A stretch of 64,000 nucleotides of DNA from Lama guanicoe. Taxonomy: Eukaryota. The DNA lies in assembly GCA_013239625.1 (NCBI GenBank), contig MU053376.1:830833-894832 (forward strand). The letters are read 5' to 3'. Under the pieces are notes generated by a model. The model saw only the letters and a list, made by a program, of their open reading frames with translations, had not been told where the DNA came from and searched no databases. Every line of letters starts with the position of its first letter. Position 1 is the first letter of the stretch. Made by a program: the position numbers and the translations under genes. This document shows, one piece after another, positions 48,126 to 60,056 of this stretch.

Positions 48126-49479
48126 ATGACGGAAATGCAGTGGCTTGCAGGGACGGGGGGGGGTTTATTCTCCAAGCGAAGACCAAAAAAGAGGGGATGT
48201 GCATAGGAATCCTTGAAGCTGACAACACGTTACATGTCTGGCGCTTTCTGCGGAAGGTTGAGGCCTGGCGGCCTGACCTTGCTCTGGATCACACCTCCTG
48301 AGCGCCCTGGACCCCAACCCAGGAGGGCCTCCAGCCCGGTGCCACCTTATCCCCAGCTTCCCCATTCAGCTTCATAAGCAGCCCTGCATCCCTCCCCAGC
48401 CTCCACTTCCCTGGCCAGCAGACCAGGCAGAAGCTGGAGGAAGGCCGACAGTGTTTTCTGTGTCCCTCCCTGCCCTTGTAAACCAGGGAGTGAGCCACCC
48501 AATTATTCCCCTCCTACTGCCCCCTTCCAGCCTCCCGGGGACTTGGGCCGTTTACTAGGGCCCAAGGGCAGACCGGGGTGATGCATTTTCTTGATTACTT
48601 AATTCTCTAAGGAGACACATAAAGAAACTCCCCACTGCCCGTCTCCACCCCCCCATCTCCACCCCCCCACCTCCACCCCAGTGCAGAACATCAGGTGGAC
48701 AAAGCCCCCTGGCCCAGCCCCAGCGACCACCACAGGGAGGATCTGCAGCTCCAGGGGACAAGAGAACAAAGAGACTTCTCAGCCCAGGGATTTGCAGCAA
48801 ATTCAAGAATTCCTTTTAGGGTTCTCAGCCCACAGCTGGGTTTCTTATTTTGTAGGATGTAGTGGGGCAGCAGAACATGAGGACGGGGATCAGGGCTCCA
48901 GTCCATCGCAGTTCCCGGGCCTTCCAAGGCTGGGATGGTTTGGGGAGGGCTCAGTCAAATACGCACCCCCCCCACCCCAACACTATTCAACAATAATGGA
49001 ACCTTCCCTTTGACCGGGGTTGGTGTCCTACACCACCGACATCTTATGTCCTCAATTCCTGGCATCACTGAGGGTCACCCAGCCTCCTTCATAAAGGTCA
49101 GCCCAGCCCAGCAAGGGAAGGACACACCCTTGGAGAAGGACCTGGGAACACGGCACTCTGGGTGGACTGTCCCTGCTCCCACCTTTTAGGTGTCCTTGAG
49201 TAGAGGTACAAGCAGAATATATTAGAAAGGTCTCCAAGGCCCAAGGAAGTTTTTTATGGGGACATACCAGACCCCAGTGGAGTGGAACATGATCCCCAAA
49301 CAGCAGGTGGCAGCCTCAGGGCGGTGGCCACCACCTGGCCACACCGTCTGGGCCAGTTTTGAGCCAGAACCTTCTCTGTCCTGTGGTTGCTTGTCCTGAG
49401 GTTTCACCTGTGCTCTGTTTTCTCTTCTCTCTCATCCTTTCTCCCTCTCTCTGGCTCTCTTGGGCGCCGTGTTCTGAAG

Positions 49480-49494
49480 CTACTCCGACCGCAG
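49480..49494 (+). CDS. NFASC: 15-nt microexon (ATPTA)
   Basis: ttctgaag|CTACTCCGACCGCAG|gtactg after a long CU-rich tract; phase 1-1; gives PPNE-ATPTA-APPT. Confidence 0.9.
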
Positions 49495-52400
49495 GTACTG
49501 TACCAGCAGCCGAGGTAACGGGCATGGCATGGGGCACGCAGGTGGAGCCCAGCCTAGCCAGGGCGAAGAAGGAGGGAGAGTCTCGGGGTGAAAGCATGCT
49601 CCAGGCTCACCCTTTCAGTGCTTGGCAAGCCAGACTGTCCAGGAGGATGTGTGTGGAAGATGGAACCAGAGGAGACCAAACACATTTTCCTCCCTTTGCT
49701 ACTGAAGGAGGATGGCATAGACAGGGCCCCTCCCACGTGGGATCCAGGCCTGTTCTCTGGAGCTACATGATTGCTCCCCCTGAATCACCCGAGCCTTTGC
49801 CCGGGCTTCACACCTCACAGCCCAGAGAGAGGGCCCATAGCCTTTGGGTGGCCCACTGTGCCCTCGAAGGAGTAGGGGCAGCTGGCTCCCGTCCCCTGGT
49901 CAGGCTGCTGTCCCCTGGAAGGGTGGCCTGTGGGTGAGCACGCTGTGCATGCTGGCCCTGCATGCGGCATGGGGCCCGGCACCAGCTCTGCCTTCCATCT
50001 CGGGTCCGGTCAGTGAGGACGAGGGAGCATGTCCTGGGAGGGGGTCAGGTGTCCCAGGACCTGGAGTCGCAGCAGACGCCGTGGGCAGATTGTCCCCTCA
50101 CCCCTCAGAAACTCACTTTCTCAGAGTCTCTGGTGTTAAGTCCGTCTCCACTCTCGGGGCCTGGGAGGTGGACGCACTGTGGAAGTGAGGAGTTGGGCGG
50201 GCAGGTCCACGTGGGCGATAACCTACCAGCCAGGTCCCTCCTCTCAGTCCTCAGGCTGTGGGTTTGAGGAACATCCCCAAAGAAGGCCGGTCCTCTGGCC
50301 AGAGGAACTCGGCAGGGACCCCAGGGTTCCTTCCCCGGCCCTCCTCTGGATCAGAGCAAAAGCTGCGGGGCAGGGGTCTGCCGGAGCCTCCTTAAGCTCG
50401 AGGCAGCAAGGTGAAGCTAGAAGCAGGCGAGGCATCAGAGTTGGCTTGTGAAGAGGATGCCATCGTGCCCAGCTTGGTTTCCCTCCTTTCACTCATTTAC
50501 CGCCCCCCCCATTTTAGGTTGGTTCTGTTTCTGTTGCGCACCCTGCTTCCTTCAGTTTGTGTTTGTTCCACCAGTGAGATCTGTGGCTGGTGCGCTGCCA
50601 TCATCCTTCCCTTCCCCAGTCCCCTCCATCCCCCTCCCACATAACCTAGGCTGGCCGGGCTCAGTGCCTCCCCACCTCTTCCGGGATGTGAGGCCGAGAG
50701 GTGTCCTGGGCCCGGAGACCAGGAAGAAAGCTGTCCTTGCTTGCCCTCTGGGGGTTGTCCTGACTCCCTGGTTCAAGTTTGCGGCGGAGATTTCCCCTGG
50801 GACTGTTACAGTAGGTGCTCAGTGCAGCCTGAGCCGGCTCAGGGGAGGTGGAAGGCGAGATGCAGGGAGGACGCTGCATGAGTCACCTGGAAGCTCTTTG
50901 GCCAGGCAGCTTGCGGTCCACCTCCCCCATTCTGGCTCCCAGGACCCAAGGCAGGTGGGTCTGGTGGCAGGGAGCCTGCCCTGCTCAGTGGTCATCTGCG
51001 CCGGTCTCACTGCCCCTCTCATGAGTGGCAGGTGTGAGGGGGAGGGGTATGATTCCAAACACCCCACTTCCTACTTCCGTGTGGAAGAGATCCAAGCTCA
51101 TTGTGGGGTGCCGAGGGAGCCAGGGCCTCTGTCCATCAGTCAGATGTGTTTCTCAGGCTCCGGCTTCCGCAGGACCTGGTGGGAGAGGCACACTGTGCTT
51201 CTTGGTGAATAAGCTGTGCTGATGACATCAGCTGTTCCCAGCTTTAAATGCGTAAGAACCTCCTGCACCATGTGCAGGTGCCAAGTGATGGAGCCCAGAT
51301 TGGACACTGTTGACACAGGCCTGGTGTCCGGCCCTCTGCTCCCTTCCCTCTCATCCTCTCTAAACCTGGACGTTTTTCCCCGAAACTGATCTGGTCATAT
51401 CTTACCCAGTGAAGATAATATCTGCGGTCTCTGAGGATTGCCGCCCGTCTGCGCCGGCCATCTGTGGTTTAGCCAGGGTGGGCTGTGCACCATGGGGACA
51501 TTTTTGGACTGAGCCGTCCACCTTGGAATGTAGAAACTGCCGGCCTTGTCTTTGACTCAGATCTGCAAATGCTTGGTAGGCAGTTGCATGGTGGCTTCCG
51601 GGGAACGAAAGGTGAATAAGAGCTATGCTGTCACTCTCAATTTTCTCCGTCTCCTGCGTGATGTCCCCCAAAACTCTGGTAGAAAACCCTTGGCCACGGC
51701 TGGGGTGCTTGCCAGTGTGCATTAGGCAACCCATGAGGTTGCCGCTGCCTTCGGTTAGGGGTCGGGTGCTTCCAGGTCCAGGCCCACCCTGGGTCCCCAT
51801 TACTCTCAGTTGCCAGGCTGGTGATCTCCACTAGGTCGTGACCAGCGTGGTTCTCCAGCCCATAGTCCCTGCTGTGGCTGGAGATGACTTCCCAGCCCAG
51901 CAAGGTGTCTGTCCAGCCCGTGGGCCACTCTGCTTACAAAGCCCACTTCTGGGCCTTACTCTCTTTTTATCTGCTACCCCAACCCCGCCCCGGGGGTTGA
52001 AATCATCTGAATCCCCTTGGACCCGTGCACTGGACAGCTTCCTGTGGAACACCTGCCCTCCCTTCCCGCCTGGGCAAACCGCTGACAACTCACTCACCTG
52101 ACTCTTGTGTCCCTTCCCTCAGAGCCTTGCCTTCTTGCCTCTGCCCTCTCAGTCTCTGTGACCCGGCCCAGCCGTGGGACAATAGACACAGCGAATGAGT
52201 GGGTCAGAGAGGATGCTGTGTTGCCGGCTGTGACCTGAGCCAGCTAAGGTTGCCTCCTCCACTGTGACTGCTCCGGGCGCCCTCCGGGAGGATGCCTGGG
52301 GAGCGCCTCCTTTCCTCCTCCTCCCTCCTGCTCCCCTCGCGCTAATACCTGACTGTTGCTGATGCTCCAAAGGAAAAGCATCAAGGTAGCCATCATCAGA

Positions 52401-53004
52401 GAAAACCCTTCCTCCTGTCACACTTGGCAGAGGGAGGGGACGAGACTCTGGCCGCATCCTCAAAGTCGTTTCTCATCCTGTCTCTGCCCAGCTGGCCCAG
52501 CACGAAAGTCGCTCTAGCCTAGCCTCTCTCAGCTTTGTTTCTAGGGCTGCTCGCCCGAGCGCCCAGGAAAGCATGTGTGAGCCTGGCTGTTGGCCCTGCG
52601 TGAGTGTGAGTGTACGTGTCTGCTTGTACGAGGACCAGGGGCCATGTGAGTGTGTACAGCTTTGGGGACATTATTCAGGGGGCTGGTAAAGGCAGCACCA
52701 CTGTGCGCATAGGAAGGGCGGCTGAGGTGTCTGCACTGCACGGAGTGGGATGATTTAGGTTAAAAGGGAGTTGAAGGGGTTTCATGACACCTTTTAAATA
52801 GTCATAGCAAAAGGGAGCGTTGTGAACATTGCATTTGCCGGAAGTTATTAGAAAATATAGCACTGATAAGGAGCCAAATCAGAGCAGTCCTGTCCAGATG
52901 GACAAGATAGCTCCTCAGGGTTCCTTCCAGCAGCTCGGAGCAGGGGGAAGAACCCACGTGTGTCCTTGGCACCAGGAGCTGCCTTTGCTTCGTGGGTCTC
53001 TCAG

Positions 53005-53008
<4 letters not shown>

Positions 53009-53048
<40 letters not shown>
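53009..53048. repeat. (GT)20 microsatellite
   Basis: Read directly from sequence. Confidence 0.95.
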
Positions 53049-53049
<1 letters not shown>

Positions 53050-54875
53050 TTGGTGGGTGGGACATGCAGATCCCCTCGGGCTTACCTCTTATAGCACTGA
53101 GCTTACATTCTAGACCAGGGGCCGCCTTGGACTGAAATACATCCTTGAATAACAACCGTGAGAGGGAGACTTGTTCCCACGGCACATCCCTCACCGTCCT
53201 GATGTCTGTGAATTGACTGGGGTTTGGGGAATATAGGCACCGTAGGCCTTGACCTTGTCCAGGAATCTCTGGAATGCATGGGGTGTAGTCAGCTGCCCAG
53301 TGTGACTTCTGTGGTCAGTGCCCTCAGGGCCCAATAATGCCTCTGACCTTATAAACAGGGAGGTGCCTGGGATCCGGGAACAGTCCCTCCTTCTCTGTAG
53401 GGGACTTGTAATACTGGAGGCCCAGGGGAATGAAAGGGCTTTTGTTGGTCAGGCTCTTGTTGAGAAGGCTTAGGATCTTACAATTCTTCCCTGAGGAAAG
53501 CTCTCTGGCTGTTCTCTCTCTGGCTCCCTCCGTGCCCTGGCTCCCTCCTGAGAGTTAGGGGTATTGTTTTCCTGACCTTCTGGCGATTTGAAGTGATGTT
53601 GCTTGGGTGGGATGTCACTTTTCCTTGGAAGTTATAGTTGCGTTATGTCTTAACATCCCTCCCTACTACCCCATTAGCATCAACAGTAGAAAGTAGACTG
53701 CGGTCAGATCACAGGAGATAGAGGGCAAGGAGGAGAGGTAGCTCTGTCTCACCCTGATTCACCCATCATTCTTCTCAGACCCTCAGCTTTGGCAATCCTG
53801 GAACTAAAGAGTAATAGGCCAGCCCTTTGTTAGCATCCGTGACCCTTTTGTAGAAGGAGAGAGGGTCTATGGAAACATTGTCACAATAGGCTTAGCCCCC
53901 TGGGGCTGACCAATGTCAAAGGGTAGCTTTGGATGGGAGATGAGGACATGAGAGTTAGTGCAGATTTGAAATCCTCTAGAGACTTTTGCAAAAAAGCAGC
54001 CTGGCATGTGTCTCACTCGCGTCCTGGGATTCCTCTGTTCACTGTGGGCTGGGAAGACGGTGCTACCGAGCACAGGCCACACGGTGGTTCCATTAGTGCC
54101 CCTTTCCCATGTTCTAATAAACGGGAAAGGACTTGGGGTGCCCAGACTCCAAGTTTCCTAGAGAGAAAGGCAGTTACTACAGGTCAGGGTGGATCGGGGG
54201 TAATTACACGAAGGCCCATCACTGGGCAGAGAAGGGAGGCGAGGCCCGGAAATAAACCAGAGCTGAGACCCTGGGGAGAGGCTGAGCAGTGGAGGCAGGA
54301 GAGGTGAACCGTGGTGCAAGGCTTCCCCGCAGACTGGGGAGCCTTCTCCCTTTGTCACTGGGCTTGGGGGATGTTAGAACTCAAGCAGGCTGGAGAAAGG
54401 GTCCTTTCAGAGTGAATGGTTGGGAATGGCAGGTCTCCCAGGGCCCCTGCAGGACAGGGGCTGGACGCCTGCCCACCTCCAAGGCCGGGGCTCCAGGCCT
54501 GGACCCAAGTGGTGCTGCTTGGCCTGTGCTGGGTGGCGCTTGGCCTGGGACCCCAGGTCGTCCCTGGGGTCTGAGCAGCTCGGTATGTGTCCATCTTCAT
54601 CACTGCCCTTGGCTGGATGCATGCTGGGTGCTTTGAGCCATACAGACCATGAGAAGAAAATGAAACGCACTGGCTTCATTCTCTTCCTCCCCCACGGTCG
54701 TGCCCTCTTCCACCGCGACCCGTCTGAGCCAGTCCGTCCTGCTTGGGGTGTGGGAGGGGCCTGGTTACTGAGCTGCATCCCTTCCGCGGGCTGCCTGCCT
54801 TGCGCGCGGGGCCGTGCGTCCAGCCTGGGGACGGCCAAACCAACCAGACTCGGCTGTTTTACGTTTCCCTCTCAG

Positions 54876-55112
54876 CTCCTCCCACGTCGCCCCCGACCAC
54901 GGTGGGTGCGACCGGCACTGTGAGCAGTACTGAGGCTACTGCCACGGCCGCCGCCACCACCGAAGCCACCACAGTCCCCACCACCCCAACTGTCGCACCT
55001 ACCACCATCGCCACCACCACCGTCGCCACAACTACTGCAACCACTGCCGCCACCACCACCACCACCACGGAGAGCCCTCCCACCACCACCAGGACTAAGA
55101 TACAGGAATCCG
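54876..55112 (+). CDS. NFASC: PAT (mucin-like Pro/Ala/Thr-rich) exon (NF186 type)
   Basis: ccctctcag|...|gtactg; [14 protein letters not shown]...[14 protein letters not shown], 237 nt, phase 1-1. Confidence 0.95.
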
Positions 55113-58100
55113 GTACTGCCCGTCGTCCGTGCTGCCCAGACAGGAGGGGGGGCTGGGGTGGTGCCCACCAACACTTCCCTTTGTTTCTGCTTTGAAAACA
55201 CAGGTGGTGAGACTCTCAGTCTGGCAGCCTAGAGGTTCAGAGCATCCTGCCCCACACTCTGTGGGTGGTCCCCACTGCTCATGCCCCCGTTCTAGCCTCA
55301 GATCCCTGTTCTTCAGCAGAGGGCTGCACCCCTCGGGCAGGACCCCCGGGTCCTGGATGGTGGGGCTGCCTCTAACTAGATGCTGAGTGGTCAGCTCAAA
55401 GGGAGAGAGTGTGGGGAAGGGAAAGGGCCTGACACTGGCCACCTGGCCTGAGAAGGCTTCCTCCCCTCGACGTGTTTCCTCTGGCCTCGCAGCAGAAGGC
55501 TGGGGACCAGGGAGTGGCTGGCCGTGCCAGGCAGCTCTGTTCCCGGAACCCTGTGCCTCCTTTGCCCCTCTCCCCCTGAGGCACATTTATAGATTTTTCT
55601 TTTAAAAAACCAGAGCTTCCAGTAGATAGCCCCAAGGAGTCCCGTCATGCTAGAGGCTGCTCTGCTGCTCTCCCGCACGCACCCACCCCCCGGCCCAGCT
55701 ACACACACACGGAGGGAAAGTCACAGCCTTTCTAGGGGCCCCGGGTGAGAATCGATCCCCACCAGCCTGCTGAGCCCAGAGAAAGTGCTGTTCCTGCATC
55801 ACGCAGCCAGGCCAGGAAGCTCTGTGCTTCCAGCGCGAGGAGACCCCTCGGGAATCCAGCAGTACCTCTAAGAACAGACATCAAATGCTCTTATTACCAC
55901 GGAGGGGGGCCCTCCAGTGCGGAGCCCACGGGCCGGCTGTAAAATCAGCACAATGCAGTTGGCAGGGCTGGCAGGAAGCACCCAGAACCTTCCTCCAGCA
56001 GCTGGAGAACTTAGGTCCCCTCCGTGTGCAGGGCAGTCCCTTCCCCTTCCTTGCCATCACCCACCACGCCCCACTTCCCTCAGCTCCTGAATGAGGATGG
56101 AGGCTTAACGCACGAGTGAGCGAGTGTTTTCTTTGATTCAGTTGCGCGGAGCTCTGCAAGCCACAGTAGGAGACACAGCATATGTAGGTGACATTATACT
56201 CCTCAGCCCTTGAAAATGCTGATTGGCTTGAAAGCTACAAAGTTGAGAATTTAAACAACATGCTCTTTAGGAAGAAGCTGGCTGAGGAGAAACCTGCTAG
56301 GCTGTTACAAGCTGCCACCGGTTCGGAGTTTGGTGATGGGTGTTCTTGGGGCCACAGGGAGGCCTCTATTGCATTAAGGTGGGCCTCCGTGCCCCACTTT
56401 AACGCTTTGAGTTCACAGAAAAGATGCACCAGGATTCAAGACAGGGGGTGGGTCTTGCTCGCTCATGGAAAGAGCGGCCTTGCTGCCACAGAGGACTAGC
56501 CCCGTGTCTCACACCCCAGCTTCTAACTGCCTGAGACACCTCAGGGGGCCGGGCCACGCCCTGACCTTATTCTTAGAGTGCAGGGGGCTCCCCTCAACAT
56601 CCTCACCTCCCTCGACACAGCAGAATGACTCTGTTGTCCAGAATTTTCAAAAGGAACGTTCCTCTTTGTTGTGTCTTACAACTTAGGACAAAATGTTTCC
56701 TAAGTTTACTTACTCCTTTCTGGGGTGAAGTGGGACTTTTTATTTGTCCTTAACTGGTCTTTTTCAGATTTCAAGGGATAGTCCTTAAGTCTCACATCCC
56801 AGGAGTCGGCAGAACAACCCACGTTTCCCCTCACTCCATCCTTTTGTTTCTATAGAAATTGCTGGCTTTTCTTCTTGGTGACTCTCTTTGAGCTTTTCAG
56901 TTCCTTCATGATCATCATCTTGGCCTCTCTGGATGGCAGTATCTTCCTCCAACTCCCACCTCTAAATCATTGTGGCTCCCCATTGCTTGACCTTATCTAA
57001 CCGTGCCCTAGTCTCCATTTAAGACAGTCAGACTTGGGCCAGGATTGTACTGGTGATCAAATTGTTGAAACCCAAGTTCTCTGGATATTTCCAGGACCCA
57101 GAGCTAAGGAGGAGAAAAAAAAATCTCAAGTCCCCAAATCATAGCTGATCGTACTTCATTCCCAGTAGCAGGAGCCATGAGATTCTAAGGAGCTGGGGTT
57201 GGGGCTGACTTAAGCAGCCAGTACAATGGGAACTTGTGGCAGCTCAGTAAAGAAGCCAACCTTCTGCCCTCCCCCTGGAGGGTGCATGGTGCCTTCAATG
57301 GAATCTCTTTCTTGGCCCCTCACCTAACACAAGTCGTGCTCACCTACAACTGACAGCGTTGTAGTAGAGAAGGCGCTTGTTTGAAGTGAAGACCAGGAGA
57401 TCTTTGATCACTTCCCCAGCCCCGCAGACTCAGTCCCACGTCAAACAGATAATGAATAAATGCATCACCAATGTACTCTATTCATTTAGTTTTGACAAGT
57501 GAGTTGATGACAGTGCCCCCTTGCATGCTAATAAAATATACAGGAGCCACGCTTATAAAGTCTTTGAAATACAAGGCTTCATGCTAGTACTCCACTCTTC
57601 AATCTTTACTGGGAAATAGGGTAATCAGACTGCTGGGATGCTTGAAAATGATTACGTTTGAAGATTAGTGCCATTCTCCTGTCCACGGGCTATGCTTTCA
57701 GATAGCGCGATGGCTTTGATAAAGTAGCTCCCAGCTCATAGGAACTAGGTAATTAATGTCTTCTGTGTTCCATGGAAATCAGACCTCAAAGGTGTAGTGC
57801 TGAGCAGCCATCAGAACAGGGTTCTTCTGGTGTCTGGACCACTGAGCGCTGGGTGTCAGGAAGGAGTTACCGGTCTGGCCCCACCGCGCCCATGGAAGGG
57901 AGAGGAAGGATTCGTTCTGTCTCTGCTTGAGATGCTGAGTTTTAGGCCCCAAGTCCCCTTAGACAATCTGAAGCTATTTTTCACATAGTTTAGCGTCTTG
58001 GTGACCAAAAATGACCCCAGGGCTCCTCAGACCAGAGTTAGTGGCTAGGTTACCATTCTCCACCCCCAGTTTCAGGAGCCCATTAAGGCCCTCCCCTGTT

Positions 58101-58581
58101 TGGTCCTGTCCTTTCTGCAGATCAGGACCCCCTCTCTCCTTCCTGTAGCCGTCTATAGTTGAGGTGACAGAGGCTGGCACACCTCCGCCCTCTGTCCGCA
58201 TCCTAGCTAACACGGCTTCTCCCTGGCCCTTTTCGCTGCACCGTTCAAATTCATGATAAGGGACCTAAAAAGGGAATAAACGCAGGTTAGAGCCGCCAAT
58301 GGCCTGGATCAAACTCACTCTTTCATGCCCACCCCCATCTATGTGGACATACAGACAGTGTCCAGCTTCCCCCCCGCCACGTGTCCTCCTGACTGTATCT
58401 GCTCGTACCTGGATGGCAACCTCTGGCCTGGCCCCCAAGGCTGCAGCTTGGAGCTCTGTCGGGCCCTGTGCACAGCCACGTCCTCCTCTGCCCCTTCCTG
58501 GCCTGTGTGTGTGTGTGTCTGTGTGTCTGCGGTGCTGCCTCCCTTCCTCACCACTAACTCCTCTTCTAACCCACCCCCCAG

Positions 58582-58698
58582 CCCCCGACGAGCAGTCCAT
58601 ATGGAACGTCACAGTGCTCCCCAACAGTAAATGGGCCAACATCACCTGGAAGCACAATTTCGGGCCCGGAACTGACTTTGTGGTTGAGTACATCGACA
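58582..58698 (+). CDS. NFASC: FNIII-5 first half (NF186 type)
   Basis: cccccag|...|gtaagc; [39 protein letters not shown], 117 nt. Confidence 0.96.
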
Positions 58699-59903
58699 GT
58701 AAGCATTGCTGTGCGGGGTGGCGGTGGCGGCGGCAGCTGCAGCTGCAGCCCGTGGCGTAGATGCTGTTAAAAAGATCCGGTGAACTCCCCCAGGCTCAGG
58801 GAGGCCTTTCAGCCGGCTTAATTATGGCCTTAATGAAGTCGATTCGTGCTCAGGTGGTAGCCAGTGAGGTGGGAAGCGCAGACGCAAAGAGAAGGAAGGG
58901 GTTTCTGCAGCCATTAGCGAAGGTGCCTGTGCCGGGGGCGGGCGGCCTGGGGAAGGGGCCCTTTGTCTGTTTCCTGCCCGGGATGAGGGCTCTGATGGCC
59001 CCCAGTGGGCCAGATCTCACCTCTGCGTGGATCTTCCTAACTTGGGATCCATGTTTTCAGCTGTCTCCTCTAGGTAAGGCTGGCCAGTCCGGTCTTGAGG
59101 GTCCAACTGTGCTTTGCTCCCAGAGGGACACCAGCTGCCCACAGTACAGAGACCCCAACCAGAGTCATTGTCTCAAAGAGCTGGTGGCTTGAGCTGAGCT
59201 GTTCGCTCCTCACTGAGCCTTGGGAGCAAGCGTACAGGCTGATTAAACTGTAGAGTGTGGTCAGGACATCTGCCTTCTCTGAGCGGTTCAGACCCACCAT
59301 GCTGGCCTCTTTGGCACCTGCTGGAAGATTCACCCAAAGCTCTCTAAGGAAGAACAAAGCCAACTGTTAGTTCTCTGTGGTTGGAGAGGGCTTCACATCC
59401 ACAGAATCTGGAATCTCTAATTCGGTCCCCCCCACTCCCCCGGCCCCCAGACACTCAGGCCCTCGCTTCTCATGTGTGAATTCACCACACGGCTAGAAAC
59501 AACAGGGCAACCCAAGGCCGAGAGCCGGGACTCAGGGTCCTGTCTCACCTCCAGGTACCGTGGGGGTTGCTAACTTGCTCTCTGACCCTCTCCAGGGTCA
59601 CAGAGCGCTGGCCAACACCCTGAGAGCTTAAGGAAGCAGGTCATAATGTGTTCAATGCTCAAGACTGTGGTGAGAAAGAAAACTTCCGGAGAGGGAACGG
59701 TGTCCCTCAGCCGAAGGGCCGTGGGGCAGGAGAGTCCGCACTGTGCGGGAGGGCTGGCGGAGCTGCCCGGTGACCTCCTGGTCTGCATGACGGCCCGGCC
59801 CCTCCCCCCGTGCTGCCCCTTCGACAGGTGCCCAGGAAGCTCAGCGCTGCCCCTCCGGCTCCCCGTGCTTGGCCGCGGGCTGACTGAGGTTTCTGTTCCC
59901 CAG

Positions 59904-60056
59904 GCAACCATACGAAAAAAACTGTCCCCGTTAAGGCCCAGGCCCAGCCCATACAGCTGACAGACCTCTATCCCGGGATGACATACACGTTGCGAGTTTA
60001 TTCCCGGGACAACGAGGGCGTCAGCAGTACCGCCATCACCTTTATGACCAGCACAG
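59904..60056 (+). CDS. NFASC: FNIII-5 second half (NF186 type)
   Basis: ttccccag|...|gtgaga; [51 protein letters not shown], 153 nt. Confidence 0.96.

Larger units (their letters stand above)
4820..60056 (+). other. NFASC: Neurofascin gene body (partial: first coding exon through FNIII-5; TM/cytoplasmic exons lie downstream of the window)
   Basis: 28 GT-AG exons splice in frame into signal peptide + 6 Ig + 5 FNIII + Thr/Pro/Ala-rich PAT domain; peptides closely match neurofascin as I recall it (e.g. [35 protein letters not shown]). Confidence 0.98.

Noticed and set aside
50448..51212. 254-aa sense intronic ORF
   Set aside because: No similarity to neurofascin or any family I recognise; non-ATG start; expected by chance in GC-rich DNA
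52373..52385. Possible extra 13-nt microexon (aag|GAAAAGCATCAAG|gtagcc)
   Set aside because: Not a multiple of 3, weak donor, and no match to known neurofascin peptide
54859..55201. Val-rich and Gly-rich antisense ORFs
   Set aside because: Reverse-complement shadows of the ACC-rich PAT exon
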